The notes below the pieces were generated by a model. That model was given only the letters and a program-made list of their open reading frames with translations, made no database searches and was not told where the DNA came from. A stretch of 64,000 bases of DNA from Eledone cirrhosa (Eukaryota), in NCBI GenBank assembly GCA_964016885.1, contig OZ024741.1, positions 81,964,001 to 82,028,000 of the forward strand. Direction: 5' to 3'. Every line of letters begins with the position of its first letter. The stretch's first letter is position 1. A program made the translations under genes and the position numbers. Of this stretch, positions 1 through 14,237 are shown in pieces.

Positions 1-21
1 TCTTAGGGAATGATTGTTCAT

Positions 22-267
22 CTACTGGAAACGTAGAACACCAGCAGGCCGAATCCAGTCGTGGGTTGATTGCGGAAATCCTGTATCCTGTATGCGAAAG
101 TCTGTGAGCGCTGCAGTATCTTTTAAATTGTGCTTGGGACTTACATGCTTTGTTGCATAATATCTGTTGGAATCCAGTCCTTCCATAATTCGGTATATCA
201 GTCTGAACACCATTATGTACTTCTGAACGACTTGAATGTCCTGACTCATCCATGAGCTCTCTGCCAC
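22..267 (-). pseudogene. Degenerate 3' end of a non-LTR retrotransposon ORF2 (CR1/L2/RTE-X-like)
   Basis: YRIMEGL...FPQSTHDWIRP resembles the YKI.HGL...FFPRTIRDWN.LP C-terminal motif of LINE ORF2 proteins. Confidence 0.45.
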
Positions 268-399
268 ATGTACCTCATCTTAAATTGGCTGCAAGGAACT
301 GGCCGTATTCAACTTGTAGCATGTATCTCTGCTTATATATGTGACTTGTAAAGTTAGGTTTTGAAATGCATATTGAGGCACATGCACTGCATACAAACT

Positions 400-830
400 A
401 AAGTACAGAAGTCTCTACATGCTGGTCTTTCTTAGCTGCATGCTTAATGTTAACCCATTCTGAAGTAGATTCTTGAAAAAGGCATACACCACTGGATATA
501 GCAATGCACCAATTGTTTCTATTTAATGCCATGACCTCCCAGCTAGCTGCGTACATTTTACACTGCGTTAAGGAATCTTCCACGCAATCTTTGAAACGCG
601 GTTATGGTTTGTGTTGTGGTTTTGCACATGTATTAACTAAACGAAATGACTTGCTTTGGGATTCTGCTGTCGTCACATTTAACAACGTGGCCTACCCATC
701 AGAGTCGGTACTTGTGGATGTAAGCTTCAATGCTGAGTGCTGCTGAATTTTCGGTACGGGAAGCTATTTCATCTTCTAGTATTGCTGATTAATTGTACTT
801 CCGAGGTATGGAAACATATGGACTACTTTG
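400..830 (-). pseudogene. RTE (BovB-like) LINE ORF C-terminal fragment
   Basis: Minus-strand frames read YRL*WVGHVVKCDDSRIPKQVI and PRFKDCVEDSLTQC...WEVMALNRNNWCIAISSGV, matching RTE LRW.GHV.RM.D.R.PKQ and RFKD..K.SL...WE.LA.DR..W motifs. Confidence 0.7.
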
Positions 831-852
831 AGGTTTTATCCGTCAACGTTAG

Positions 853-938
853 TTCTTCTTCTTCTTCTTCTTCTTCTTCTTCTTCTTCTTCTTCTTCTTC
901 TTCTTCTTCTTCTTCTTCTTCTTCTTCTTCTTCTTCTT
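853..938 (+). repeat. (TTC)n microsatellite
   Basis: Perfect trinucleotide run. Confidence 0.98.
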
Positions 939-999
939 GTAAGATCACACGTAAGGGTTGGCACGAATACCGAATTGAATATAGCATGTTTCGCCTTCT

Positions 1000-1950
1000 T
1001 CTGATTACCAAATCCTGAAGCTGGCGCATTATTGCACCAGTTTCTGAAATTCATGCACTTAATTCAGGCTTCTGCTTTCCATTACTCGCGAAAACAGCCG
1101 CGAGATACTTGAACGTCTTCATCTGATTCAGTGGAACTTCATTCATATGTAGAATGCACTGCATAGGCTTCATTGAGAGGATGAATGCCTCAGTTTACGC
1201 AGCCCTGATTTACATTTCCACCAACCTATCAGTACAAGTCGGAAATCACCTTCTGTCGAGTTCAGTAATCCCAAGTCCTCTGCAAATTTCGGCCGACTAA
1301 AATAATGAACAAGAGAGGTGACACGACACCCCCATAGTGGCGTCCGAATCCCAGCTTGAATGATTTCAATTTAGCACCATTAATCTGAACACAAATAGAC
1401 GGGCATTGGTATAGAGACATCAGGGCAACAGGAAGCTGACCAGAAATTTTCACAGCAGGTCCTATGGAATGTTACCATATGCTTTTTAGGGGTCTACAAT
1501 GCCAGAATACCCCTCTTAGCAGTACTCCTACAATTTCTTAAATACCTGCCGCAGTGTGAATATTTGGTTGGCTGTGCTGAGTCATTAGCTAGATTGGACT
1601 CGACAATATCCCTACATTTCTTAGCCAGACTAGTAGCATAGACTTTACCGGGGAGGCTAAAGAAAAAGATCCCTCTATAACTGGATAAATCTCTCTTCTC
1701 TCCTTTTTTGAAAATTGGGATCATCATTCCCGACTGCCACTGCTTAGGTGCCTTTCCAGAGATCCAGGCCACCCGACACACACGAGTCAGCCTGAGAATA
1801 ACTGATGACAAAGTAGCAAAATTAAAAGTTAGCAAACTGTTGTTGCTTTTTAACCACGGGTCATTTTTATCCAGTAAACATATGGACCGCTTATCTGTTT
1901 TTACTTTCTAGCATTTCTTATCCAGGGGTACATTCTTCAGTGTCTTTTCC
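1000..1950 (-). pseudogene. Decayed RTE-clade LINE reverse transcriptase fragment
   Basis: WISGKAPKQWQSGMMIPIFKKGEKRDLSSYRGI..SLPGKVYA (RT domain 0/1) and FKLGFGRHYGGVVSPLLFII (degenerate G.RQG..LSPLLF); frameshifted. Confidence 0.8.
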
Positions 1951-2249
1951 ACCAAAAAGAAATAGGACAGTTTTTGAAAGGAATTATGCAGTAGGCCGAA
2001 TACCGGCATATGTTCTTTTTCTCGTTGCCTAATTTAAAATAGGTCTCTTTATTTCACAAGGACCTAAAGTCAATCTTACTAATAGTATGAGCGACTAAAC
2101 ACTTTCAGCCCCACTGGCAACAACATCGATTACTTTGCCAGTTATTCCTGTTTCCTAGAAGTGATGAAAGATCGCCACCTATGAAAGTTGCAAGCGGATA
2201 CTATTCTGCTCCCGGTCCAGGCCTATGTCTTTCAGAACCTTCTCTCCAT

Positions 2250-2470
2250 TCATCAACCTGGACAGGTTAGCCTCGCCAGCTATGCCTGTCCTCTGATTTC
2301 CACTCAAGAGTGTCTCTCATTAATCGTTTCGTAGGCATGTGTAGCACGTTGTCGTGCAACTTTCGGTGTCTTACGGTAATAGCATTCCGTAAATTACCGA
2401 GGCTAGCACTTTCCTTGGCCTCTTCATTCGTGATGTGGTCACTCCCCAAAATTGTTAGAGCGGTACTATG
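2250..2470 (-). pseudogene. RTE-like LINE C-terminal fragment
   Basis: HITNEE...RHRKLHDNVLHMPTKRLMRDTLEWK resembles RRL.W.GHVLRM...RL.K.AL.W. Confidence 0.55.
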
Positions 2471-2966
2471 GGAAATTTCATTGCTATATTGTATTTCTCT
2501 AAATTAACGTTTCATCACAACCAGATATTTCACCTTGTCTCCTCTATCAAGGGATGAACATTTACCTCAATATATTCTGCAAATTAGACATTTCTTTCAG
2601 AATTTTGTGAACTGAAATCTCCTGACATATTTGCCATGATCCGTTTCAAGAACATGATATATGTCATATTATATACATGAGCTTTGCTTTCTTTCACATG
2701 CCACTTTAGAAATTATGCACGCAACTCATATATTGCATTTCACTATGCCTGCATTGCATATGTGCAATACAACATGAGCGACTGGCAATTTAATCAGGTG
2801 CGTTGAGATATGGAATTTGTCAATGTATTTCAGGACATCTTTTGACACTGTCACTTTTGCTATTAGATGTTACAGATGTTACAATCAATGTGAAAAATGT
2901 GAAAGGCAATGCAAATACAATATTTTCAGATAGGGTAAGGTATCATTATTGATATAATCATATTGG

Positions 2967-3120
2967 TATAATGAAGATATGATTATATCAATAATTGTTT
3001 CTATTTTAGGCACAAGGCCAGCAATTACCCAGTGAATAAAGTACCAGTAATGCACTAGGTATTTGCTGGCCTTGTGCCTAAAGTAGAAACAATTATTGAT
3101 ATAATCATATCTTCATTATA
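2967..3120. repeat. Fold-back palindrome made of a SINE 3' tail plus its flank
   Basis: tataatgaagatatgattatatcaataattgtttcta..aggcacaaggccagcaa is mirrored by ttgctggccttgtgcctaaagtagaaacaattattgatataatcatatcttcattata. Confidence 0.85.
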
Positions 3121-3839
3121 CTCCAAATTGCCTTCATTAAGTTCGATTCTATTTAACATTGTTCACTTGGTTTACATGAAACGGAAGCATCCCCTCAACT
3201 TGTTCCTCTTATATTAGTCATTAGCACCCCTTCATATCTGAACTTTCTTGTATAAATTCATGTGAAAGTTGTCATAATTTAGCCGTGGGTCGGCCATGGT
3301 TAAGATAATAAAATAAAAGACGGATGCTTTGTCGAGTAGACTTCAATGAAGACGGTATACAGTCAAAATAAATTAATCCTATATGTTTTTCTTTCTGAAA
3401 GCAAGGGTACAAATATTCTTGGGATCGACTTCGCCTTTCCTCTTTATCAAGGCCAAGAATCGAAGTACCTGTAATAAAATGTAGCTAATAAATTATATCA
3501 GTAAGTAGACCCCATATATTTACAATATCATTTAAATAAATTCTCAAATATTTTTATAGAGTCCTTTTTTTAGCAAAATAACCATTGTTCCTAAAACAAC
3601 AGAAAGAAAATTATTGACCCTAGTATAGAAAAAGGGTCACTTTTGTCTAGGGAGAAGTGAAAGGAGCTATTCCAAATGCGAGAAAGTTAAACCAAATCTA
3701 CCTGGTATTATATTCATCCAAGCACGATAATTTCCAATAAAAAAGGAACGATAAAAAGGGAACAAAAGATATGGATGGTATAAGGGTAATGTGGGAGAAA
3801 ACGAAGATGATAAGGACGATAATGATGATGCTGTGAGTA

Positions 3840-4025
3840 ATAACTTTCTACTTTTAGGCACAAGGCCAGCAAATACCCAGTTCATTACTGGTACTTTATT
3901 TTATCGACCCCGTAAGGATGAAAGGCAAAGTCAACCTCGGCGGGATTTGAACTCAGATCGTAAAGGGACGTAACTATGCTGGAAAGCATGGCGTCCGACC
4001 CTCTACCGATACTGCCAATCCACCG
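3840..4025 (-). mobile_element. tRNA-type SINE (family also at 12040, 24175, 37326)
   Basis: Reverse complement of ggtggattggcagtatcgg (A box)...gagttcaaatccc (B box)...ggccttgtgcctaaaagtagaaa; several dispersed copies in window. Confidence 0.85.
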
Positions 4026-4379
4026 TGAGTAATAACGATGATGAGAATGAGAATAATGATAATAATGAACATGGTAATGACAAAGACGACAATGGTGATG
4101 AGATTGATGATGATAATAATAATTGTTTCTACTTTAGGCACAAGATGATGATAATAATAATGATTTCATTTATTAGCCACAAGGGCAGACATGTAGGGGA
4201 CAATACAAAGACAGGGACAGTGGGGGTTTACAATAAGGTCGAGTAAAAGTGCACAATGGCAAGACTAATTTAACAATGAAAATATAAAAATATAAAATAA
4301 ACTATGCATAAATATAATAAAATAAATTCCCCGATAGGGGTGGACGACCTGGTGTGATTCGGGTACCCCACCAATCCCT

Positions 4380-6173
4380 GAAGACAAACTCCAGATACCG
4401 ATGGTCGACCCTATCGAATGCTTTCGATTGATCTAAATTGATCAGTGCCCCACCGAAGCCAGGTTTACACCCGACCCTCTCTATGATGTATCGCATGAGG
4501 TGGAGATTGTCGTGTATGGACCTGGCTGGGATTGCGCAAGTTTGTGCCTCCCCAACCAAATCCTCGACGACAAGCGCCAAACTCTTTGCTAACACCTTGG
4601 CCAAAATCTTAAACTCTGTGTTGAGCAGAGTTATGGGCCTGAAGTTGTCTAATGTATCCCTCTTGTTCTCGTCTTTCCTTATCAGCGTCACCACTCCCCT
4701 GCTCACAGAACTGGGAATACTCCCATTCTGCTGCCAGTTGCAGTAGAGTGCTTCGAGGAGTTCGGAGAACAAGTCTGGCATATTTACGTAAAGCTCGTAG
4801 GGCAGGCCACCAAACCGGGTGACTTGCGCCTCATGCAGCCGACAAGGGCGTACTGAATTTCGGCTGAAGTAATCGGCCTTTCGTAGCGCTCAGCGTCGAC
4901 CGTCGAGATGCGCGGCAAGCCGTCAAGGTAGGGACTGAAATCCGCTATTCTCTCTGACTCGCCACTCTCCCTGAACAACCGAACAAAGTGCTGGCGAAAG
5001 GCCTCACACATCCGCTTGGAATCGCTTATCTCGTGTCCGTCTCGGTCCGCCAAAGACCGAATTGTGGTTTTATTACCACGCTGCGCCTCCGCCAGGCGGG
5101 GGCCCATCGAACAGCTTTAGTTCCCTCGTTTCTCAGCGCACGCGCCTTAGCTCTGACAATGCAACCTTCGTGTTTGGCGTTGAAGAAATGGTCTATTGCC
5201 ATTCTCGCCGCTAGCACGTCAGTTACGATGCCACTACAAATAGCCTCGTCTAACTTATCTACCAGCCCCCCCTCCTTTCTATTTTTCTCTAACGCTAGTT
5301 CTTTGCTGAACTCTATCGAAGTTACTCTAATCTCTCTTTTGAGAGCCCCCCACCATCTGTTGTTGATGATCCCCCCTGTCAACTTTTGCTTAACTAAATT
5401 GTTGACTCGGTCCCTGTAAGCCTTACGTGCCGGAAATGACATGTTCAGCTTCCAGTAACCCGGTCCTAACCTACGCGTTTTATTTAGGTCGACCGTACAG
5501 ATCACAAATTTGTGATCTGAATAGGCGACCGTTTTAAAAAGTGGACAGCCCACACTATTTCTATCTATTTTCCTAATGAAGATCCTGTCTATATACGATC
5601 TAGATGACCCCATTCGGTTGGTCCATGTCCATACTGGCACATTGGGGAAATCTAGTCGATACCTGTCAGACAGTTGGAACTGGCTTAGTAGGTGCTTGAG
5701 GCTTTTGCACCCCCCGCTCCTATCAGCTACTCCCACACAATCCCATCGTGCGTCTAAGATGCCATTCCAGTCCCTCGCTAACAGTAAAGGGCGAGACGTA
5801 CCCAGAAAGGTCTCCAGGCGCCTAAAGAAGTCAGGTCGTAGACGGCCAGCAGTCTAAAGGCACCACCTTCGCTACTGCTCACATCCAAGACCACACACTT
5901 ACCGTCCGGGTCCCGGAAGATCGACCTTACCTCGAGATCCAGTCCTTTCCTAAACAGCACTGCCACCCCACCCCCCATTCCCGGCCTGCTAACAGGTGCG
6001 AAGATCTGATAGTCGTCGAAAATGGGGGATAGTGCACGCGTGTCGGAAATTCTGGTCTCGCTTACGGCAATCACATCCATTTCCAGCGACCGGAGGTCGT
6101 TGAGCAGGCGACCCTGCTTCCAGGGTGACTCCAGGCCACGAACATTTAAACTTCCTACTCTTAATATGGCCAT
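4380..6173 (-). pseudogene. Tx1-like ORF2 (APE endonuclease + N-terminal RT), frameshifted
   Basis: MAILRVGSLNVRGL, VSETR, SYIDRIF, SDHK, GPGYWKLN, NFRPITLLNTEFKILAKVLA, DQSKAFDRVDH spread over ORFs 5778-6173, 5026-5736, 4784-5107, 4302-4781. Confidence 0.9.
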
Positions 6174-6904
6174 ATTAGTAAGCTAAGAGAGAGAGAGGGA
6201 AGGTTTACTTACCTCCCGGGTCTTGTGAAGGTCGGGTGGTTCGACCTCCATGGTTGGTGGGGTTTCTTTTGGGAACGCCTTTAAAAGTCTTGATGTGGGT
6301 TTCACATTCGGGGTTCCCACGTTTGAGGAAAGCTCTCTCGAATTTCTTTGAAGGAATTGAGTGACATTCGGACCAGAAGCAAATCTTCTGGCACGCAAAA
6401 TGTGCTCATTTAAAACATCTCCCCCTCTGTTTGAATGTCCTTGCTTCGCGCTAAGAGGGCCATCAGTTTATCGTTGGCCCTTCTGACAAGCACGAAGTTT
6501 TTAACATTTTGTTGGTGTGGTTTTATTTGTTTTCGTTTTGGTGAAGGTGGTGGCGATGGTTTTGGTGGTGTTGTTTCGGGTATGTATGTCTATGTTTGTT
6601 GTAGGTGTGGTGTCTGCAATTTCAGGTATTTGTGTGTTTATTTGTACTTGTGTTTGTTTAGGTTGTTTGCGTTTCGGGGATTGAGGAGGTGGTGTCGATG
6701 TTGCTGATGGTGCTGATGTTATTGGGGAAGTGTTTGCGTTAGTGGTGTCTGTATTTTTTGTTGTGTGTGTTTTTGTGTTTTGTTGGGGCTTTTTTTTTTT
6801 TGTGAGTTTTCTCTGTTCTTTTGCACTTTTGGGTTTTCCTTCATCTTCGCTGCTGGAAGACAAAGGGTCTGTGTCTGTGAGTGTCTCTGTGTCTGTGTGT
6901 GCGT

Positions 6905-7876
6905 TTATTTTTTTTTGTCTATGTGTATAATTGGGGAGGTAGGGGGAGTGGGAGAGCTTTCCTCGTTTTCTCCTTGGATTAGTTTTGGTGTTGGTGGTGA
7001 TCCGGCTGCTTTTGATGTTGGTGTCCGTGTTTTTGTTGATGTTGTTTTTGGTGGTGGTGGTGGTGCAGCTTTCCGTGCTGACATTGGCGTTGGCAACAAA
7101 GGAGGTTTGCGACCCCCTGCATTTTTGCGCTGAGGGCAGAAGGCTTGAAGATGCGTTGCTTCCCCGCAAACGAAGCAGCGTGGCCTTCTTCCGTCAATCA
7201 TTAGTTGGATTGTTGTCCCGTCCTGCAGGCGGGCAAAATCCGGGATGTTATTCATATCCTCCGGTTTCATTTGGAGAAGAATCTCCAAATCCATTCCGGA
7301 CCAGTCCTCTCTCTCTGTCCTTTTGATGTCCAGGAGGGTGGTGTCTGTCCCCTCCTCGATTACGCATCCCAGCAGCCACCATATGTTCATTCCTGGTGGG
7401 ATGCTGGGAATGCGTACCTTCACTGTCCTTTTACCCATATAGGACGGATGCATGATAATGCGTTCCGTTCTGCAGGGGGTCACCGTGTGCTTAATAGCGA
7501 GGGCCTCGGTTTTGAACAGTACCGAAATGGTACCGAACTGTTTGCCTCTTTCTTTGTACTCTATGTTACTTCCGATGTACTCCAAAGCAGCCTCTACCTC
7601 TGCTTGGCTCGCAAGTTCCACTTTTCGTGTCTGCACCGAAATACATCGAAAGAGCATCGTCCTCCTTTGCATGGCCGCTATTGCTTCGTCCGGGATGGTC
7701 AGGTTTGCCCAGGACTTCTCCCGTTTAATTAGCCTCCACGCTTTGGCCAACTGTTCGTCTTTATCGCTAATATCAATATCAATATTCAATAAGCGCTTTG
7801 TTTTTGCTGCTGCAAAATGTGGTGTTTCTGATGCTCTTATTGTTGTTGCTGTTATTCTTGCTGTTGCCACCGCCAT
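6905..7876 (-). CDS. Tx1-like ORF1 (gag-like nucleic-acid-binding protein)
   Basis: 323-aa ORF with RRM-like region and CFVCGEATHLQAFC zinc knuckle; T/K/P-rich tail continues in another frame (6501-7169). Confidence 0.75.
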   Translation of the reverse strand: MAVATARITATTIRASETPHFAAAKTKRLLNIDIDISDKDEQLAKAWRLIKREKSWANLTIPDEAIAAMQRRTMLFRCISVQTRKVELASQAEVEAALEYIGSNIEYKERGKQFGTISVLFKTEALAIKHTVTPCRTERIIMHPSYMGKRTVKVRIPSIPPGMNIWWLLGCVIEEGTDTTLLDIKRTEREDWSGMDLEILLQMKPEDMNNIPDFARLQDGTTIQLMIDGRRPRCFVCGEATHLQAFCPQRKNAGGRKPPLLPTPMSARKAAPPPPPKTTSTKTRTPTSKAAGSPPTPKLIQGENEESSPTPPTSPIIHIDKKK

Positions 7877-8373
7877 CTTTGTTTACATTGAAGCTGTCGG
7901 TGTTATTGTCGTTATTGCTCTGAGTTGTTGTTGTTGTGGTGGTGGTGATGTCGTTTTCAGATGATACTGCTGCTATGGCAGAAGGTTGTGATGGTAGCTT
8001 TTGAGTGTTTCCTTCACATTCAGTAGAGTGGATGACAGGCATGACTGTAGCCGTCGTAGTCGTGGCAGTGGCTGCCTTTAAACTTTTGACCTGAACGTTG
8101 TTTACCGTTTCAAGGTCGAACATTTCCATAATTTTCTTTTGGTGGGGAAGCGATTTTTTTCGAAGTTTTTTAAAATAAATCTGAATATTAGGGCTTAAAG
8201 CCCGAATATTGAGAGGTATCCCTCTCTTTAAATCAAGATGTGTACCTTAAGTTTCGTTAATGACAAGAAAATACAAAAAAAAGACACTTTAAAACAGCTT
8301 AAAGCTACGAACCTTTTCCCCGCAGACTTGTCTGTCTTCACACATGTGCGGCAAAAAAAAAAAAAAAAAAAAA

Positions 8374-9400
<1,027 letters not shown>

Positions 9401-10234
9401 CATATATACAAACATGCCATTTTCTGCTGTAATACTATTTTGTGCTTATATATTTAAATATTCGCCATCATATATCCCTGTCAGCTTTTAACGACAGATT
9501 TACTCATCATGCTACAAACTGCTGATTTCGCACACTAAATTCCCCTCCCCTTTTGCAAGGTCCAACATAACACATCCATTAACCCTTTTTAATAGGAAGT
9601 ATTTTCTTTTACTTTATTTCTTTTGTTTTTTAACCTCTTTCTTTGCTTATTTATTTATGTTTTAGTGTTGTTCCTTTTCATACTTTTATTCCGTTCTGCA
9701 ACACTAAAATAATGGGATCTGATTCGCTTTGCAGCAGGCTGCTATTCCAAAGCCATGTATTATTTAAATATACTATCAGTACACTACTTTATTTAAGTAA
9801 CATTATGCTGTACATATGAACGCTGCATCAGTTTCACGCTTACCTACCTATATAATCTACTTTCTTTCCATGCGTATTTTTTATGGTTGTTTATAGCTGG
9901 TAATCAGTTTAAATTTAAGTTCAGAATATGGCTGAGAAAATGTGTTCCAATCGTTAAACCAATGTGATGTTGTATCATCTCTCTATATGCTAAACAATAA
10001 AACGAGACATTATATAATATAGTTCTAAATATATTGTCTGAAAGAAAACATGATGTGCAAGGTGGCAACGTGTTTACTTACAGGTTTATTTAATAGAAAT
10101 TATCACCACGAGCAATTACAGGTGCAGTACTAAGCCCACATGGATAGAAATAGGATAAAAATAAGATAAAAATAGGACAAAAATAACAGTCTTCGTATTA
10201 TCTTACACACTGCCATCTTTAAAAAACATAGCAA

Positions 10235-11290
10235 GTCCCAGCATGAGTCTAAGATGCCATGCCAGTCCCCCGCTAACAGTAAAGGGCGAGACGTACCCAG
10301 AAAGGGTTCCAGGCGTCTAAAGAAGTCCGGCCGTCCTGCCCCGGAAGGGGCTTCGACGGCCACCAGTCTAAAGGCACCATCTTCGCTATTGTTCACGTCC
10401 AGGACCACCAACTTACCGTCAGGTTCCCAGAAGATCGACCTTACCTCGAGATCCAGGCTTTCCCTAAACAGCACTACCACTCCACCTCCTATTCCTGGCC
10501 GACTAACAGATGCGAAGATCTGATAGTCATCGAAAATGGGGGCTAGTGCGCATGTGTTGGAAATCCTGGTCTCACTGACGGCAATTACATCCATTTCTAG
10601 AGTCCTGAGTTCGTTGAGCAGGTGATCCTGCTTCCAGGTCGACCCCAGGCCTCGAAAATTTAAATTTCCAACTCTTAATATGGCCATGTTGGCAGTCTAA
10701 AAGAGAGAGGAGAGGTTTATTTATATCCCGGGCTCTTGTGAAGGTTTGCTTGTTCGACCTCCATAGTTGGTGGGGTTTCTTTTGGGAACCACTTTAAAAG
10801 TCTTGATGTGGGTTTTACGTTCTGGGTTCCCACATCCCGAGGAAAGCTGTCTCGAATCTTTTTGTAGAATCAAATCTTCCGGCACGCTAAATGTGCTCGA
10901 TTTAAAAATGTTCCCCTCTGTTTGTATTTCTTTACTTTGTGCTACGATAGCCATCAATTCCTTGTTGGCCCTTCTAACAAGCACGAAGTTTTGTATGTTT
11001 TGTTGGTGCGATTTTATTTGTTTGCGTGGTTGTGGTGGTGACGGTTCTGTTGGTATTGTTTCGGTTGTGTCTGTGTTTGTTGTGAGTGCGGTGTCTGTGG
11101 TTTCAGATGTTTCTGTGTGTATTTGTTCTTGCATCTGTTTAGATTGTTTGCGTTTGGGGGATTCTGGTGATAGTGATTGTGTTGATGTTGGTGTTGTTGG
11201 GGAGATGTTTTCGTGTGTGGTGTCTGCATCTTTTATTGTGGGTGTTTTTGTACTTTGTGGAGATTTGTCTTTGTGTGTTTTCTTTTTGTA
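10235..11290 (-). mobile_element. Second, diverged Tx1-like fragment (ORF1 C-terminus + APE N-terminus)
   Basis: MAILRVGNLNFRGL...VSETR...LLLAGDW closely parallels 5740-6800. Confidence 0.85.
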
Positions 11291-11299
11291 TTTTGGGGG

Positions 11300-12825
11300 A
11301 AATGATTGGAATGATGATGCAATCCCTGATGCGGATAGAAGTAAGAAGTGTGGAGTGGCTGACTGACATTAAACATGACATTGGAGATATTCGTACAGTG
11401 AGAATTGGAGATAACTGATATGGTAACTATTCAGTGTAGAAAGATGCCAAATTGGAAAGTTACTAGCAGAGACGGTGTGCGCGAGTTCTGGTTGAAAATG
11501 CTGAGGGCCCTTCATGGAAGAGACGTTGAGTAACTGAATAAGATCTTGAACGGAGAAGAGAGGTTGCCAGTATGGCAAGTACGGAAATACAGTTGACAAC
11601 TTTGGACATACTTCTTGACTCCCTCGTATGTGGAAACATATAGCAGGTATCATTGCTGAGGCAATGCATGAATACTTGGAGGAGACACTACTGAGCAAAA
11701 GAGATGTAAGAGAAAAAGCAGGGCGTTGTGAAGGTCAAGAGGGGAATATTTCAGGAAGAAAATATTTCGCCTTTGCTGTTTGTACTGTGTATGGTTCCAC
11801 TTCCATTGGTGTTGAGAAGTCAAAGGCTAGTTAGGAGTGGGCAGGACGCGAGTTTATGATAAAACACCGGCTGTTCATAGATGACCGAAAATTTATGAGA
11901 AATCCTATAAATATATTGATTCCGTTGTACAGACAGTTCATACATATAGTACGGACATATGAATTGAATTTGGTATAAAAAAAATGTGGAGGCTACTACT
12001 GAAGCGAGGTAGAATTGATAAGATGGAAAGAATTGTATTGGTGGATTGGCAGTATCGGTAGAGGGTCGGACGCTATGCTTTGACGCATAGAGTTACGACC
12101 CTTGCCCTTCTGAGTTCAAATCCCGCCGAGGTTAACTTTGCCTTTCATCCTTACGGGGTCGATAAAATAATGTACCAGTAATACACTGGGTAATTGCTGG
12201 CCTTGTGCCAAAAGTAGAAACAATTATTAGACGACAAGTTATGAATGAAATTGCCAACAACGGGTATAACTACTTAGGTAATCTGCAATCAAAACAAATA
12301 AAAGAGAATGAAATGAAACAACTATTATCATAATACTATAAACGGAGACATAATTTGGTGTTAAAGACGAGGTTAAGTCGTAGGAATAAGATACTGGCTA
12401 TCAACACATGGGCTGTTGAATTTCTAAGGTATAGCGCTGCTGTGATAGAGTGGATATGTGATGAACTCGGGGAGTTTGATAGATAGACCAGAAAAAGTTA
12501 GCAGTACAAGGAGCTCTACAGAACAAAAGTGATGTGGGCTGTTTTATCTATCACGACAGAGATTAGGAAAATATCTCATTAATTATGAAGTATGTGTGAG
12601 CTCAGAGGAAAATAATCTGGCATTGTATATAAAGAATTCAAAAAAGAGATCGATGACAGGTGTAAGAAAGATAAAGGTGCTAAATAATGATGAAGCAAAA
12701 GAAAAAGGATAATTTGAACAAGACAGACAGAATGATACATTGAATAGATGGAAGAAAAAGATGTATTGTCAATTCTTTCGTGAAATGCCTGAGACAGTTG
12801 ACAAAGTTAGAAAGTGGGAATATTG
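11300..12825 (+). pseudogene. Decayed R4/Dong-like non-LTR RT fragments (11300-11735 and 12235-12825), split by a SINE
   Basis: [62 protein letters not shown]...ELGEFDR.TRK match R4-clade RT/thumb motifs. Confidence 0.7.
12040..12228 (+). mobile_element. tRNA-type SINE
   Basis: A box tggcagtatcgg, B box gagttcaaatccc, shared 3' tail. Confidence 0.85.
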
Positions 12826-13009
12826 TCGAAGTTAAATTCGTTGTATTTCCGAAGGTTTAAAAATATATTGTCTATATATATATTTACTAGTAATGGTCAG
12901 CCCCAGTCTGTTTCTTGATCCGTTGTATTAATAGTGATTTCACGGAATTAAAATTTACAACATATTTTACAGTACGGCCTTCTGTTGTCGTTTTAAAAAG
13001 TATATATCA

Positions 13010-13075
<66 letters not shown>

Positions 13076-13380
13076 GTGTGTGTGTGTGTGTCTGTGCGTC
13101 TGTGTGTGTGTGGCTGTGTGTATGTGTGTGTTTGTGTGTATATGTGTATGTGTGCGTCTGTGTGTATATGTGTGTGGGTGTGATAGTGCATAAGGGTGTA
13201 TGTGGGTGTCATTTTGTGTAATGTATCCTTAGATACGAATTCATTGACAAGTGATGACAATTCTCTTGAAGAATTTAAAATATGTTCCTCTCGTTCTTCT
13301 TAATCTAAATTTCCATAATCTAATATCCTGTTATCAAGATATTGATAAAAATATAAAAGTCCGCGAATTATTGCTGTTCT

Positions 13381-13430
<50 letters not shown>

Positions 13431-13767
13431 GAAAATATTATTGAAAACTACAAAAAGAAAAAAGAAAATGTTGATTTAACTGATAATCAATATTGTATTG
13501 GTAAATCTGAGTTAGATTTTAAACTATTGAAATTGTAACCAAATATATTTCAGAAGATGTCTTATACTGAAAAGCAGAACCGGAAAAATCTAAATAAAAC
13601 AAACGAAACAGATAATATTAATAATAGGTAAAAAAAAGTTTTTACATTTTCAAGTTGTCATTGTATTGGTAAATACTGATGTAATTGAAAGAAATTGGAT
13701 TATATCGATAATTTCTTTGCTGTGTTCAATGAAAATACACATCTCTATTAAGCTGGGTTATTTATTT

Positions 13768-13853
<86 letters not shown>

Positions 13854-14237
13854 TAATCAATGTGCAATGTTATGTATCTCTTTTTAGTAAGAAAGTAGAA
13901 ATATGATGTTGCTGTTGCTTCTACTGTTGTTGGTGAAGGTATATTGAAACCATGTCCGTTAGATGTTGTATATATATGTATATATATATATATATATACA
14001 CAGCTACACATAACCACACACACACGCATGTATATGTGTGTGTGTACGTACGTGTGTCCGTCCGTGTGTCTGAAAAAGTGTGATGTTTATATTAAATTAA
14101 ACTTGATAAATGAACTTCTTCATGTAACATCAATATTGATATGATATAGTTTTTTCTCTCTACCACTCTCTTTGTCTCTCTCACTAGACCCCCCCCTTAT
14201 ATATATGTGTATATATATATTTATATACATATATCTA

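Larger units (their letters stand above)
4145..8237 (-). mobile_element. Tx1/L1-group non-LTR retrotransposon, internally deleted in RT
   Basis: ORF1 with CCHC knuckle, ORF2 starting with APE endonuclease, RT broken off after AFDRVDH, then a 3'UTR-like segment, AATAAA (4169-4174, minus) and a (TTA/ATC) tail. Confidence 0.85.

Noticed and set aside
3840-4025. tRNA gene
   Set aside because: A/B boxes belong to a dispersed SINE head; no cloverleaf
13553-13627. Possible small host exon (tttcag...ag/gtaaaa)
   Set aside because: Splice-like ends only; no recognisable peptide or partner exons
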